A stretch of 64,000 bases of DNA from an uncultured Verrucomicrobiae bacterium (GCA_963788655.1 CAWBHS010000039.1:96001-160000); one strand, 5' to 3'. Numbered from the stretch's first letter, positions 1-12,002 are shown. A program made the numbers and translations. The notes: generated by a model from the sequence alone, not told the origin.

Positions 1-1575
1 GCAGTTGTTGAGCGTGCCATAGCACGAACCACCGCCCCATCCAGCCGAGTTGCCGGTCAAGAGACAGTTGGTGAGGGTGCTAAAATGCGAGCCGCCACCG
101 TTCCCGCCCCAGTTGCCGGTCAAGGTGCAATTGTTGAGCTCGCCACCATGCGAACCGCCGCCGTGTTGCGAAGCCGAGTTGCCGCTCAAGGTGCAGTTGC
201 TTAGCGTGCTATAAAACGCGCCGCCGCCGGCCTCAGCCGAGTTGCTGCTCAAGGTGCAGCCGGTCAGGATGCCATTGTGCGCGCCGCCGCCTTCCCAGCC
301 GAAATTGCCGGTCAAGAGACAGTTGTTGAGCGTGCCCGAAAACGAACCACTGCCATAGCGATTGCTACTCAATATGCAGTTCTCGAGCGTGCCCGAATAC
401 GAGCCTCCACCGGAGTAAGCCCAATTGCCGGTTAAAATGCAGTTGGTCAGCGAGCCGTCATAGGAGCCGCCGCCGCCGTTTGCCGAATTGCCGATCAAGG
501 TGCTATTGCTAAGGACGCCGGAATACGAGCCGCCGCCGAAGGTCGCCTGATTGCTGCTCAAGATGCACATGGTGAGCACGCCATGATACGAGCCGCCGCC
601 GTTCGTAGCGGAGTTGCCTTTTAAGGTGCAACTGTAAAGCGTGCCAGAATGCGAACCACCGCCGTTCGTCGCCGAGTTGCCTTCCAAGGTGCAACTGTAG
701 AGCATGCCCGAATACGAGCCGCCGCCGTTCGTCCCGGAGTTACCGTTGAGGATGCAGTTGCTGAGAACGCCGGCATAGGATCCACCGCCCTGGTCAGCCC
801 AGTTGGCGCTCATCGTGCAGTTGCTGAGCGCGCCAGAATACGACCCGCCGCCGGAGTAATGCGCCCTGTTGCCGCTCAAGCTGCAGTTGTTGAGCGTGCC
901 CTGATAGGCCCCGCCACCGTAATTCGCCGTGTTGCCGCTGAAAGTGCAATGGTTGAATACGCCATAATACGACCCGCCTCCGTTGCGTTCCGCCACGTTG
1001 CCGCTGAACGTGCAGTTGTTGAACGTCCCATAAAATGAGCCACCCCCGTGCCGAGCGGAGTTGCCGGTCAAGATGCAGTTGGTCACGATGACGTCCGTTG
1101 AAGCGCACCAGACACCCCCGCCACATGTTTCCTGGTAATTGGTGCTGGTGGTAGTGGCTCCGTTGGTCAGAGTGAACCCGCTCAGAACCGCTCCGTCCGT
1201 CAAATAAACACAGCGCGTGGCCCCATCGGCGTTAGTCGTCGCTGGCCGGTAGCCTTGGATCACGGTTAGCTTCGGGCCATTGACGCTCCGCACTTCCAGC
1301 GCCTTCGTCACCGCTAATCGATTCGCCACCGGCCCGGAAACCGCTCGCCCGCCGGCGCTATACACCCCGTTGGTCACCAGGATCGTATCCCCAACTGCGG
1401 CCACATCCACGGCGTCCTGAATGACTGCGGCGGCGGTAGTCCAGTTGGTGTAGGGCGCGAGGGCGTTGGTATTGGCGGCGTCTACGTAAAGGGTGGCGGC
1501 ACGTGCGCCGACAAAAGTGGACAACAAAGGCAACAGGCAAACCATCGTCGCGATTTTCGAGACACAGGTTTTCAT
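1..1575 (-). CDS. Secreted right-handed beta-helix repeat protein (choice-of-anchor Q/PKD-associated type), 3' end runs off the window
   Basis: Manual translation from ATG at 1575 gives MKTCVSKIATMVCLLPLLSTFVGARA-ATLYVDAANTNALAPYTNWTTAAAVIQDAVD, then many ~22-aa repeats GGGS(Y/F)xGxLxNCxLxGNxA. No stop before base 1, so it is absent from the ORF track. Confidence 0.85.
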   Translation of the reverse strand, partial: MKTCVSKIATMVCLLPLLSTFVGARAATLYVDAANTNALAPYTNWTTAAAVIQDAVDVAAVGDTILVTNGVYSAGGRAVSGPVANRLAVTKALEVRSVNGPKLTVIQGYRPATTNADGATRCVYLTDGAVLSGFTLTNGATTTSTNYQETCGGGVWCASTDVIVTNCILTGNSARHGGGSFYGTFNNCTFSGNVAERNGGGSYYGVFNHCTFSGNTANYGGGAYQGTLNNCSLSGNRAHYSGGGSYSGALSNCTMSANWADQGGGSYAGVLSNCILNGNSGTNGGGSYSGMLYSCTLEGNSATNGGGSHSGTLYSCTLKGNSATNGGGSYHGVLTMCILSSNQATFGGGSYSGVLSNSTLIGNSANGGGGSYDGSLTNCILTGNWAYSGGGSYSGTLENCILSSNRYGSGSFSGTLNNCLLTGNFGWEGGGAHNGILTGCTLSSNSAEAGGGAFYSTLSNCTLSGNSASQHGGGSHGGELNNCTLTGNWGGNGGGSHFSTLTNCLLTGNSAGWGGGSCYGTLNNC

Positions 1576-1699
1576 AGAGTTACGGGCTTTCATTCGATGA
1601 ACCTCAAAGCAGCTTCCTTGAATTTTAAGGACTTGTGCTGTTTGAGGTTATTGGACGCACCGGGCGAATAAAGTTTCAGGGCGATCTCATTTTGGCGGA

Positions 1700-1795
1700 T
1701 CGGAGCGCCGACTTGCAGTCGGCTTGCCTGCCGCTCAAGCACACAACGCCCCGGTCGGTCGAGCGTCCAAAGCCGGTTGCAAACCGGCGCTCCGT
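1700..1795. repeat. REP-like palindrome doublet
   Basis: cggagcgccgacttgcagtcggctt ... aagccggttgcaaaccggcgctccg, with inverted ends and internal hairpins. Confidence 0.65.
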
Positions 1796-2137
1796 CAAAA
1801 TGAGAATCGCCGGCGAAGGCGGTGTCCACGGCTTGCACGCTCCAATACACGGTCTGGCCGTTGGTCAGGCCGGTGAGCGGGAGGCTGTGGCGTAACATCC
1901 TGCGTCCGGAATTTTCCAGCACGAGCTGCACGCCGCGGACGACCGGTTCCACTTGCGCGCCGTCCACGGCCAGCGTCACGCGCAGTTCGCCGGAACCTTC
2001 CGGCCGGTTCTCAATCACAAAATCCTGCCGCACGCCGTCCGCGCTCACGCGGTATTCCTCGACCAATCCCGGGCGGAGGAAACGGACCAATTGGTCCGCC
2101 ACCTGCACGGTGCCGGTGGGTGGGAGCGCGCGAGCGT

Positions 2138-2220
2138 TTTGGACTGCGGCAGTCCTCTGCCGCTTTTGCAACCGCGTCGCCAGTGGGAAAGCGCCAGAGG
2201 ACTGGCGCAGTCCAAGACCT
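2138..2220. repeat. REP doublet family A, copy 1
   Basis: ttggactgcggcagtcctctgccgcttt ... aaagcgccagaggactggcgcagtccaa. The same element occurs at ~15865, ~56950 and ~58908. Confidence 0.8.
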
Positions 2221-3254
2221 GGCGGTTCTTCAGAGTTGGCTGCGTCTCCGACGCGCCCAACCCGCGCTGCCATCACGCGCAAACGCTCAGGGGCCGTCCC
2301 GCGCGGCGGGACCATGGTGGAAACCAGCCACAATCCTTCCGTAGTGGCTTCGCCTTCCAGTTGTTGAAACGCATCGCGCAGCCTTGCCCCATAAGATGAT
2401 GTGTTCCCCGTTTTTGCATTCTTCACCTGTTCGGCGTATTTGACAGGGCAAGCGCCATCGCCGGCCATCGTCGCGGAAAGTCCGTCGCCGCGATAAACCG
2501 CCCCAGCCTTCGCGCCAATCTCCGACCAGGGAAACGGTGCAGCCTGGCTCGCGGGGCGTGAACCATGCTGGTTCGTGTGTGTGGCCGCACCATTGACGGA
2601 AGCGAGGAGTGAGAAGCAGAACAACGTGCTGGCGGCCTTGATGAGTGCGAAAGGGAGCTTTTTCATAAGGATGGTGGGACGGGACGTTGGGTTGCAGACA
2701 CAGATATTGTTGCACACGGCGAAGTGTTGGGCGCCGCTTGGATCGTCGCCCCCGCCCACAGCAGAGTGCCCAGCCTGCGGCAGTCCGGGCGGTCCTGATG
2801 GTGATAAAGGAAGTGGTTTTCACGTCGTCACGAGTGGTCCTGGCCTCCTTTCTGGGAACGGAGGACATCATATCATGTGGCTTGGCTCACGTCGAGCGCG
2901 AATCGGCACTAATTCAGGAGCCCCGGCCAGGTTCGGAGTTCCGCCTTCCGGCGGCAGGGTGTGGGAAGTTTCCGGCGGCTACGGGTAATTCGAGCGCTTC
3001 TCCGGCTAAAGCCGGGACCGCCGCGCCGCCAAATTTTCTGCCAGATTATCGTTGCCTTGTGGTTTGGCCTTGTTATGTTTTCCGGCCTTTCGGGGTGCAT
3101 CGGACGACCCTTTGCGCTATTACCGAAGGGAAAACGGCCATCAAATTGCCTTGGTTCGAGGGAGTTGGGGCGGCCACAATAACATTGAAAATAATCCCGT
3201 GTTCCGCGGGATGGTTCGCCCGAAGATTGGCGGACTACCAACCAAAGGAAAACT

Positions 3255-4127
3255 GTGCTTAGTATTGGCGTTAAGGAATTGTTGGAAGCCGGCGTCCATT
3301 TTGGACATCAAACGAAACGATGGAATCCGAAGATGAAGCCATTCATCTTCGATGCGCGCAACGGCATCCACATCATCGACCTCAGCAAAACCCTCCAGCA
3401 ATTGGAGCGCGCCTGCTCCTTCATGGCGGAGACCATCCGCAAAGGCGACCAGGTGCTTTTCGTGGGCACCAAGAAGCAGGCGCAACAAGCCATCCGCGAT
3501 GCGGCCACCTCGTGCGGCCAGTTTCACGTGACGGAACGCTGGCTGGGCGGCACGCTCACCAACTACAAAACCATCCGGCGCTCCGTGGCCCGGCTGCGGG
3601 AAATCGAAAAAATGGAGGCCGACGGCTCCATCAGCAATTACGTCAAACAGGAGCAATCCCGCTATCGCCGCGAAGCCGCCCGGATGACCAAATATTTCGA
3701 AGGCATTCGCGACATGGAAAAGCATCCGGCGGCCATGTTCGTGGTGGATATCAAGCGGGAGCAAAATGCCGTGGCCGAAGCGCGCCGTTTAAAGATTCCG
3801 ATCGTCGCGGTCGTGGACACCAACTGCGATCCGGAACTGGTGGACTATCCCATCGCGGGCAATGACGATGCGATTCGTTCGGTGCGCATGATTCTCAGCG
3901 TCATCGTGCAATCCATCAGCACGGCGCGTGGGGAGTTCCAGGCCAAGGTGAGCCAGCCGGTGCCGCAAGTCGTCCCTTCCGGTGACGTGACGCCACTGCC
4001 GGAACCGATCGCCACCCCGCCACCGACCGAACCCGCGCCGCCCCCCGTCCTGCCTCCTGAAGAGCAGGTGCAACTGCCCGCGGAAATGTCACCGGAACCG
4101 GCGCCGCCTTCCGGGCCGGGCGCCTAG
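3255..4127 (+). CDS. rpsB: 30S ribosomal protein S2 with Pro-rich C-terminal tail
   Basis: LLEAGVHFGHQTKRWNPKM, RWLGGTLTN, VDTNCDP, GNDDAIRS; lies upstream of tsf. Confidence 0.98.
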   Translation: MLSIGVKELLEAGVHFGHQTKRWNPKMKPFIFDARNGIHIIDLSKTLQQLERACSFMAETIRKGDQVLFVGTKKQAQQAIRDAATSCGQFHVTERWLGGTLTNYKTIRRSVARLREIEKMEADGSISNYVKQEQSRYRREAARMTKYFEGIRDMEKHPAAMFVVDIKREQNAVAEARRLKIPIVAVVDTNCDPELVDYPIAGNDDAIRSVRMILSVIVQSISTARGEFQAKVSQPVPQVVPSGDVTPLPEPIATPPPTEPAPPPVLPPEEQVQLPAEMSPEPAPPSGPGA

Positions 4128-4222
4128 TCGGAATTGCTCCGGCGCCACGGTTCGGGCCGTATAACCGGGGAAGGCCGGCTCCCAAAGAATTTGTTCAACC
4201 TCTAACTGTTAATTGAAACGCT

Positions 4223-5062
4223 ATGCCTGAAATCACTGCCGCGGATGTCGGCAAACTCCGCTTAATGACGAATGCCGGTTTAATGGACTGCAAGAAAGCC
4301 CTGACGGAAGCGCAGGGCGACCTGGACCTGGCTGTGGAAAACCTGCGCAAGAGCGGCGTGGCCACCGCCGCCAAGAAATCGTTACGGGAAGCCAAGGACG
4401 GTGTCATTGTGCAAGCCATCGCTCCCGGCGCCCGGGCCGGGCTGCTGGTGGAAGTCAATTGTGAAACCGACTTCGTGGCGCGCAACGAGAGTTTTCGCGC
4501 GTTCTGCGACGACATCGCCAAGAAGTTGCTGGAGAATCCCCAGGTTGATGTGGAGACGGACCGCGTCGCCGCCGTCGCGAAGATCGGCGAGAACATCATG
4601 ATTTCCCGCCATACGCGATTGGAAGTCAGCGGCAACGGCATGATCGCCGCCTATATCCACACGGGCGCCAAAGTTGGCGTGCTGGTGGAAGTCGGTGCCG
4701 GCAAGGAAGCCTCGGTGGCGAATGATGACTTTAAACAAGCGGTCAAGGACGTCACCCTGCAAATCGCCGCGGCCAATCCAACCGTCGTGAGCCGGGAGCA
4801 AATCGATTCAGCGATTCTCGACAAAGAAAAGGAAATCGCCGCGGCCCAGTTCAAGGACAAGCCGCCGCAAGCTCTCGAAAAAATCGTCGAAGGCAAATTG
4901 GAGAAGTTCTTCCAGTCGTCCTGCCTGTTGGATCAGGGGTTTGTGAAACAGAATTCCGAGATCTCCGTCAAAGAGCACTTGGCGGCCATTGGCAAGAAAC
5001 TTGACGACCAGATCGAAGTGCGCCGTTTTGCCCGCTTCCAAGTGGGCGAAACCACGACCTGA
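4223..5062 (+). CDS. tsf: Translation elongation factor Ts
   Basis: AGLMDCKKAL, EVNCETDFVA, RRFARFQVGE. Confidence 0.98.
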   Translation: MPEITAADVGKLRLMTNAGLMDCKKALTEAQGDLDLAVENLRKSGVATAAKKSLREAKDGVIVQAIAPGARAGLLVEVNCETDFVARNESFRAFCDDIAKKLLENPQVDVETDRVAAVAKIGENIMISRHTRLEVSGNGMIAAYIHTGAKVGVLVEVGAGKEASVANDDFKQAVKDVTLQIAAANPTVVSREQIDSAILDKEKEIAAAQFKDKPPQALEKIVEGKLEKFFQSSCLLDQGFVKQNSEISVKEHLAAIGKKLDDQIEVRRFARFQVGETTT

Positions 5063-5085
5063 CACTGGGCGCAAGTTGGTGAATA

Positions 5086-5121
5086 TAAAAGAACCGTTCC
5101 GCATCGCACGGAACGGTGTTT
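5086..5121. terminator. Probable bidirectional intrinsic terminator between convergent tsf and the HesB gene
   Basis: Stem accgttccg/cggaacggt (5093-5117) flanked by an A run and a T-rich run. Confidence 0.65.
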
Positions 5122-5149
5122 GTAGGCCTGTCAGCAGGGTTGCTGCTGG

Positions 5150-5506
5150 CTAGGCTTCAAAGGATTTGCCGCAGCCGCAGCTTTGGCTGGCGTTGGGGTT
5201 GGTGATCTTGAAACCGCCACCGGTCAGGCTGTCCACGTAGTCAATGAGGGTTCCCATCAGGTAATTGGCACTGAACGGGTCCACGACCACGGTGACGTCG
5301 TAAAATTCGTGCTGCCAGTCGTCGGTGCGGATTTCGTCGAAGACCATCCCGTATTGCATGCCGGAACAGCCGCCCGCTTCCACGTAAATGCGTAGTGCTT
5401 TGTCGGCGTCTTCTGGTTGTTTGGCCCGCAGGTTCTTCACGTGGTTGGCCGCGCTTTCGGTCAAGGTCACCGCAGTTGGCGTTTGGGTTGTCGGGCTGCT
5501 TTCCAT
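5150..5506 (-). CDS. HesB/IscA/ErpA-family A-type Fe-S cluster carrier
   Basis: GGCSGMQY and C-terminal NPNASQSCGCGKSF; start placed at MESSPTT (5506). Confidence 0.93.
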   Translation of the reverse strand: MESSPTTQTPTAVTLTESAANHVKNLRAKQPEDADKALRIYVEAGGCSGMQYGMVFDEIRTDDWQHEFYDVTVVVDPFSANYLMGTLIDYVDSLTGGGFKITNPNASQSCGCGKSFEA

Positions 5507-5552
5507 ATCTGCTGTCAAATTAGGCTGCACCCGCGTGGGTGTCAACGAGGCG

Positions 5553-8298
5553 CTAAGATTTTTCCGGGGCCTCCTGCCGGCGGGCATTCTCGATTCTTTT
5601 TTCCACGGCCGGACCGTATTGGGGAAGGGCGGCGGCGAGCCGTTGGTAAATTTTGATGGCGACCTCGCGGCGGCCGGTGGCTTCGGCCAGGCGGCCGGCG
5701 TTGAGAGCGGCTTCTTTGAACCAGAACGGATCGGGCGTTTCGCCGGGACGGAGGTTTTTCTCGCTGACGACGTTGTAATAATGCTCGAAGGCGGCCTGCA
5801 GCATAATGGTCTGGTTCGTTCCGGTCTGGGACTGGGCCATGAATCGCAAGGCGTGGGCCAGGCCGACTTCGGCTTGCGAGCGGGTGTTGACGTCCGCGGC
5901 GGCCAGGCTCATGGCTTTTTGGTAGGCGTTGGTGGCGTTTTCATATTGTTTGTCGTCGGCGGTGCCCATTTGCAAATAGCAGTCGCCGATGCGGCCCCAT
6001 GCCAACGGGGCCAGCCGGTTGGTGGGGTACAGTTGCGTAATGCGACCAAAGGCCTTGAGCGCATCGACAAACTTTTGGAGGGGTTTGGCCGGGTCCGCAT
6101 CTTGTTGGATAATCGTGTCCCCGAGGGCGAAGAAGGCTTCCGCCACGATGTCCGGCGGACAATTGTTATCGTTGATCAGCGGCGTGAAATAGTAGTCGTA
6201 CGCTTGTTTCCACGCTTGCCGGGCGAAAGCGGAGCGCCCGGCCATCATGCGCGCCCGGTACGCGAAATTCGTGCTCTGCAACAGAAGCTTGTCCTGGAAA
6301 TTCTTCTCCGCGTTCACGAAGTCATGCTGGTTGTAATAGAACGTGGCCACCCGGTACCTGGGCCCGAGGCGCGAGTTGGTCCTGGGGGAACTGGGCCACG
6401 AAATTGGTGAACAGCACCAGGGCGTTGGTCAACTGGCCCGCCTGGTAGTTGGCCCAGGCGCGGTTGAACTCGGCCCGCGGCCGGAGTGAATTGGTGGGAA
6501 ACTGGCTCAGCCACTGGGTGTATTTGCCAATGGCGCCGTTCCAATTATTTTCCTGAACGTAGGTACGGGCGATGGCCAGTTCGATTTCCGGGATCAACGG
6601 CGATTGGGGCAGCCGCTTGACCAGATCCGCCAACAAGGCGCGCCCTTCGACCGGATGGTCGTCCAGCGTAAAGCCTTGCCCGACCAACAGCATGCCGCGA
6701 TCGCGATAGTCGCTGTCCGGAAACCATTCGAGGATCTTTTTCATGGCGTCGGCGGCGTCGTTCAGGTCGTTTACTTGCAGGCTCACGCGCAAGATTTGAT
6801 ACAGGGCGTGATCGAACAGCGTGTTGCGGACCCGCGGGAAGGCCTCGAAGTTCTTGATTACCGCCTGATAGTTCTGGAGCGCGTTGGTCAAGTCTTGCAA
6901 CTGGAATTGGGCGTCCGCCAATTTAAACCGCGCCACTGCGAGATCCTCGGATAGCGCCAGGTGCTCGGTGGCTTGCTTGAACGCGGTCATGCTGTCCGGA
7001 AGCTTGTCCTGCAGCCAGAGGCACCAGCCGCGATTCAATAACGCTTTGCCGAGGAACGGGCTGTTGGTGAAGGCATTGATCAATTGGTTGAACTGCGCCA
7101 GGGCCACTTCCAAATGGTTCGTTGCTGCCAGTGGCGCGTTGGTGACGGCCGCGGCTGCGTTGGTGGCGACGGTGGCGAGGTTCGTGATGACTGTGCCGCT
7201 GGTGTGCAATTTCAAGTGGACCTCGCCCAGCGTCAGCAGCGCCAAATCCGAAGCGGCGTCGTCCGGATGGCTGGTCAGAAAGTCCTGGAGACGTTGGGTG
7301 GCTTCGGCGAACCGGCCGCGGGCCAGGGTCAATTCAATGATATGGACGAGGGCTTGGCGACGATAAGGCGCGGGCACCACCGCGGCGAGGTTCTTTTCAT
7401 AAACCCGAACGGCGGCTTCGAGATCGTTCAGTCGGTGGAGAATCCCGGCCTGCAGCGCCAGCGATTCCGCGAGGTATTGCGGTTGGCCCGCGGCGGCGGC
7501 CAGGGCCAACAGATTGGTGGTGCTGCCCAGGGCCTCTTTAGGATGGTTGTCCGCCAGTTGAATCCGGCACCGCAAATACTGTCGGCGCCATTTGAATTCG
7601 GGGATCAACGACGCTTCCGGCAACTGTTCGATAGCTTGTTCGGCGGCTTGGTATTCCTTCAGTTGCAGCAGCGCTTCGGGCAGCAGCAGTTTGCCGCGGG
7701 CCACCAATTCGTTGTTCGCGCGGACTTTGGCGGCTTTTTGGAAGGCGCTGTCCGGGCGCTGCAATCGTTCGACGACTTTGCGGTAGTCGCCCAACTTGAA
7801 CCACGCCAGGGCTTCGTTATACGCGGCTTCCAACAACAGGACCGAGTCCTTGAAATCCGCCGCCAGCAGGGCGTAGGTGTCCGCCGCCGCCTGGTAATTG
7901 GAACTCTGCAAATAGACCTTGCCCTGCCAGTAGCGGTATTGGTCGGCGAACGCGCCGGCATTGGTCACCGAGGTGGTCAACAGGTTGAGCGCTGTGTCGA
8001 GCTTCCCCTGTTCGAGTGCCGCGCGTGCGCGGAACAGAATCGCTTCCGGCACGCGCGGGGACTGCGGGAACGTCTGGGCGAAGGCTGCAAAATCTTTCTC
8101 CGCGACGTCGAACACCCCGTCGCTAAATGCCCGCGCCGCCACCGTGAAGGCTTGTTGTTCATTCGTGGCCTGCTGGGCTTGGGCCGCCGGCAGCACCAGC
8201 AGCCCGAACAGGATTAAGAACCCGCTCGCCGCGGCGCCGATCAACTTATGTGGGTGCGTATGTCGATCACACTTCATTCGGCGTATAGTATTGGACAC
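5553..8298 (-). CDS. Large exported tetratricopeptide-repeat protein, one frameshift near 6355
   Basis: Two overlapping TPR-rich ORFs (8298-6322 and 6350-5553) join as APRAQYRVATFYY if one extra G is removed; signal-like N-terminus. Confidence 0.8.
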
Positions 8299-8463
8299 TT
8301 CAACTTGGGATTCGATCTAAAACTTGCATCGCCGCGACAAGGAAGATTCGAGCCATGTCTGCGCCCTGTTCATGCAGTCGCAACGAAAGCCCTCAACCGC
8401 CCAGTAGTTCTGAATTTCGGGCCTTCGCTTCGGCCTTCGGGTTTCTCCGCTCCGTTGCCGGTG

Positions 8464-11400
8464 CTATTTCAGCACCCGCTGCAAATACTGCCCCGTAAAG
8501 CTGGTTTCGCAGGCAGCCACCGTTTCCGGCGGGCCTTCCGCCACAATGCGTCCCCCGCCGACGCCGCCTTCGGGTCCCAGGTCAATTACCCAATCGGCGG
8601 TCTTGATGACGTCCAGATTGTGCTCGATCACCACCAGGGTGTTTCCGGGCGCGCGCAATTTGAACAGCACCTCTAGCAGTTTGGCCACGTCGGCGAAGTG
8701 CAGTCCGGTGGTGGGTTCGTCCAGGAGGTACAGGGTTCGGCCGGTGGCCTTGCGCGTCAGTTCGGAAGCCAGTTTGAGGCGCTGGGCTTCACCGCCGCTC
8801 AACGTGGTGGCAGATTGCCCGAGGTGTAGATAGCCCAATCCAACTTCCGCCAGCGTCAGGCACGTGTCATGAATTTGCGGCACCGCGCGAAAGAAATTCA
8901 CGGCTTCATCCACGGTCATGTCGAGCACATCGGCGATGTTCATGCCCTTGTAATTGATCTCGAGCGTCTCACGGTTGTAACGCCGTCCGCCGCATGCTTC
9001 GCACGTCACATACACCGGCGGCAGGAAGTGCATTTCAATCTTGATCAGGCCGTCACCCTGGCATTTCTCGCAGCGGCCGCCCTTCACATTGAAGCTGAAT
9101 CGGCCCGCACTGTAGCCGCGAATTTTCGCCGCCGGCAATCGGGCAAACAGATCGCGGATATGGTTGAACATGCCGGTGTACGTGGCTGGATTGCTGCGCG
9201 GCGTGCGGCCGATGGGCGTTTGGTCAATGACGATGACCTTGTCGATGTATTCTTTGCCCAGAATGTCGCGATGCGCGCCGGGACGTTCCTTCGAGCCAAA
9301 CCAAAGCCGGAACAAGGCCCGGCGCAAAATGTCGTCCACCAACGTGCTTTTGCCCGACCCGCTCACGCCGGTCACGCACGTCAGGGTTCCCAGCGGAATG
9401 CGCACGTCGAGGTTCTTCAGATTGTTCTCGGTGGCGCCAATGATTTCCAGCCAGCCCCGCACCGCGGTGGGTTTGATCCGTTGTTTGGGGATGGGGATTG
9501 CCAGTTCGCCGGTCAGGTATTTGGCGGTAAGCGAGCGGGGATTGGCGAGCACCTCCGGCAACGTCCCGGCGGCCACCACTTCGCCACCGCGCACACCGGC
9601 ACCGGGACCGAGATCGACGATGTAGTCCGCCTGGCGGATGGTGTCTTCATCGTGCTCGACGACGAGCACGGAATTGCCGATGTCGCGCAAGTGCCGGAGG
9701 GTTTGGAGCAACCGTTCGTTGTCCCGTTGGTGCAGGCCAATGCTGGGCTCGTCCAGGATGTAGAGCACGCCCACCAACCCGGCGCCGATCTGGGTGGCCA
9801 ACCGAATGCGCTGAGCCTCACCGCCACTCAACGTGCCGCTCTCGCGATTGAGCGTGAGATAGCCCAGCCCAACGTTCTTCAGGAATTGGAGGCGGGACCG
9901 GATTTCCTTGATCGGTTCGGCGGCGATCTTTTGCTGAAACTCGTTCAGCTCCAGCCCGGCAAAGAACTCGTCGGCCCGGTCAATCGACAATTCGCAGACA
10001 TCCATAATGGAGAGGCCGGGGAGGGGAGGGGTGGATGCTGGATGCTGGATGCTGGATGCCGGATTGGTGAGAGGAGATACCGGATGCCGGATGCCAGATT
10101 CCTGATCACTGATCACTGATGACTGATGACTGGCTCCAGTCTTCTGTTTGCTCTCCAGCGTTACGGCGAGGATTTCGGGCTTCAAGCGCTTGCCGCCGCA
10201 GGCGTCGCAGAATTGGGGTGCCATGAAGGCTTTCAAACGGTTGCGAGTGAATTCGCTTTCGCTTTCCTGGTAAAGGCGCTCCAGGTTGGGAATCACGCCT
10301 TCAAACGGGCGCGTCACTTTGGACGTCTTGCCGGTACGCCAGAAATGGAAATCGATTTCCGTTTCGCCTGAGCCGCGCATGAGGATCTGCTTGAAATCGT
10401 CCGGCAACTTTGTGTAGGGCACTTCCAGGTTCTGTTCGTAATGCGCAGCAACACCGCGCAGCAATGCGCGGTAGTAAGTGATCATCCGTTTGCCGCCGCG
10501 GCGCCAGGGGAGAATGGCTCCTTGTTCCAGCGACTTGTCCGGATTGGGCACCACCAGGCCGGCGTCGAATACCAATTTCTGGCCAAGTCCATGGCAGACC
10601 GGGCAGGCACCGGCGGGAGAGTTAAACGAAAAATGTTTGGGCGTGGGCGTTTCGTAACTCTGGCCGGTGGCGGGACTGTAATTGCGATTGGAGTGCAACG
10701 TCTCCAGCCAGACCACCCCGCCCAGCGTGACGGAATGGGGCGCCGTGATTGCCTCCGAGGCCGCGTGGTTTTTGGCTTTAGTGCGTGAAGTCCGAAAACC
10801 CGCAGCCACCGACGCGAGGAGGTGGACCGCTTGGCCACTTGGTGCTGGCGAATCCGCCTCCTCACGTCGGCGGCTACCCTTTTCCAACATGCTCTTAGGG
10901 TCTTTGGTGCGGCTTTCCTCTGGCAATTGGTGCAGCACCAACAAGCGGCCTTCGCCCCACTTGAGCGCCGTTTCCACCGAGTCGCTGAGCCGGACGCGGA
11001 TTTTTTCATCAATCACCAGCCGGTCCACCACCACGTCGATGTTGTGCCGTTGCTTGGGCTCAAGTTTGACGCGGACGTTGCTTTCGAGTTCGACCAGTTC
11101 ACCGTCCACCCGCGCGCGCACGAATCCCTCGCGAGCCAACCGTTCGATCACGTCGCGGAATTCGCCTTTCTGATCGCGCACCACCGGGGCCAGCAGCATG
11201 ATCCGCGTCCGGGGCGGCAGTCCCAGAATGCTATCGACAATGTCGCTGGTCGTTTGCGACGTGATGGGGATCCCGGTGACCGGACAATGCGGTTGGCCCA
11301 CGTGCGCGTAGAGCAGCCGCAGGTAATCATAAATCTCCGTGGTCGTGGCGATGATCGAGCGCGGGTTGGTGCCTGAACTGCGCTGCTCGATGGCAATGGC

Positions 11401-11649
11401 CGGCGAGAGCCCCTCAAGGTAGTCCACGTCCGGCTTCTGCATCTGGTCGAGGAACTGCCGGGCGTAGGCGGAGAGCGACTCGACATATTTCCGCTGGCCC
11501 TCCGCGTAAATCGTATCAAAGGCCAGCGACGATTTGCCTGAACCGCTCAGGCCGGTGATGACCACCAGTTTGTCGCGCGGGATGTCCAACGTGAGATCCT
11601 TGAGATTATGCTCACGCGCCCCGCCAATTTTGATCCATTCTTTCGCCAT
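8464..11649 (-). CDS. uvrA: Excinuclease ABC subunit A with two repeat-derived in-frame insertions
   Basis: GAREHNLK, two Walker A motifs ([16 protein letters not shown]), LSGGEAQR signatures, CxxC zinc fingers. Confidence 0.97.
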   Translation of the reverse strand: MAKEWIKIGGAREHNLKDLTLDIPRDKLVVITGLSGSGKSSLAFDTIYAEGQRKYVESLSAYARQFLDQMQKPDVDYLEGLSPAIAIEQRSSGTNPRSIIATTTEIYDYLRLLYAHVGQPHCPVTGIPITSQTTSDIVDSILGLPPRTRIMLLAPVVRDQKGEFRDVIERLAREGFVRARVDGELVELESNVRVKLEPKQRHNIDVVVDRLVIDEKIRVRLSDSVETALKWGEGRLLVLHQLPEESRTKDPKSMLEKGSRRREEADSPAPSGQAVHLLASVAAGFRTSRTKAKNHAASEAITAPHSVTLGGVVWLETLHSNRNYSPATGQSYETPTPKHFSFNSPAGACPVCHGLGQKLVFDAGLVVPNPDKSLEQGAILPWRRGGKRMITYYRALLRGVAAHYEQNLEVPYTKLPDDFKQILMRGSGETEIDFHFWRTGKTSKVTRPFEGVIPNLERLYQESESEFTRNRLKAFMAPQFCDACGGKRLKPEILAVTLESKQKTGASHQSSVISDQESGIRHPVSPLTNPASSIQHPASTPPLPGLSIMDVCELSIDRADEFFAGLELNEFQQKIAAEPIKEIRSRLQFLKNVGLGYLTLNRESGTLSGGEAQRIRLATQIGAGLVGVLYILDEPSIGLHQRDNERLLQTLRHLRDIGNSVLVVEHDEDTIRQADYIVDLGPGAGVRGGEVVAAGTLPEVLANPRSLTAKYLTGELAIPIPKQRIKPTAVRGWLEIIGATENNLKNLDVRIPLGTLTCVTGVSGSGKSTLVDDILRRALFRLWFGSKERPGAHRDILGKEYIDKVIVIDQTPIGRTPRSNPATYTGMFNHIRDLFARLPAAKIRGYSAGRFSFNVKGGRCEKCQGDGLIKIEMHFLPPVYVTCEACGGRRYNRETLEINYKGMNIADVLDMTVDEAVNFFRAVPQIHDTCLTLAEVGLGYLHLGQSATTLSGGEAQRLKLASELTRKATGRTLYLLDEPTTGLHFADVAKLLEVLFKLRAPGNTLVVIEHNLDVIKTADWVIDLGPEGGVGGGRIVAEGPPETVAACETSFTGQYLQRVLK
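10030..10135. repeat. Heptamer tandem repeats (ggatgct/ggatgcc; ctgatca/ctgatga) inside uvrA
   Basis: Direct reading of the sequence; translated as [16 protein letters not shown]...ASSIQHPAS. Confidence 0.8.
10801..10878. repeat. REP-like inverted pair inside uvrA
   Basis: gcagccaccgacgcgaggaggtgga ... tccgcctcctcacgtcggcggctac. Related GTAGC-type motifs occur at ~27760, ~42889 and ~58834. Confidence 0.7.
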
Positions 11650-12002
11650 GGTTGCGAATTCCTGCTGCAAACCAAACGCCCAACGTATCGGAAGTCGTCA
11701 GCGTTGCCAAGGAGATGTCTTGATTAGACCAGCGGACTCAGGGCGACGACGTTAGTGTCCAGCGCGCGTTTGCTTCCATCAGTGGACGATTCCTATGGCT
11801 ACTACTCTCAGCCAAGGCTCCGCAAATATGCCAAGATCCAAATCAGAGTTTAAGCATGTTTTAAGTGTGCTCCTGCATTTGGCCACGACGTGGTTGTTCC
11901 AGTGACGTTTGCCTAGACACTCGTGGCGAATCCCTTTTGGGTTGATGAGACCCACTGCGCGAATTGACAAAGCAAGTAGCCGATCGAGAAGCGACACCGT
12001 GT

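Larger units (their letters stand above)
1590..2666 (-). pseudogene. Probable internally deleted remnant of a large secreted protein, with in-frame palindromic repeat insertions
   Basis: Signal peptide MKKLPFALIK and an N-terminal domain (PWSEIGAKAGAVY...RPGLVEEYRVSADGVRQDF) join abruptly to a motif that looks C-terminal (GQTVYWSVQAVDTAFAG). Palindromes at 1700-1795 and 2138-2220 are read through. Confidence 0.5.

Noticed and set aside
1..1110. CRISPR-like periodic repeats
   Set aside because: The ~66-bp periodicity is degenerate at codon level and encodes a protein repeat; there are no identical repeats with unique spacers and no cas genes.
3150..3254. rpsB autoregulatory leader RNA
   Set aside because: Hairpins are present and the position fits, but a known motif could not be confirmed without a covariance-model search.
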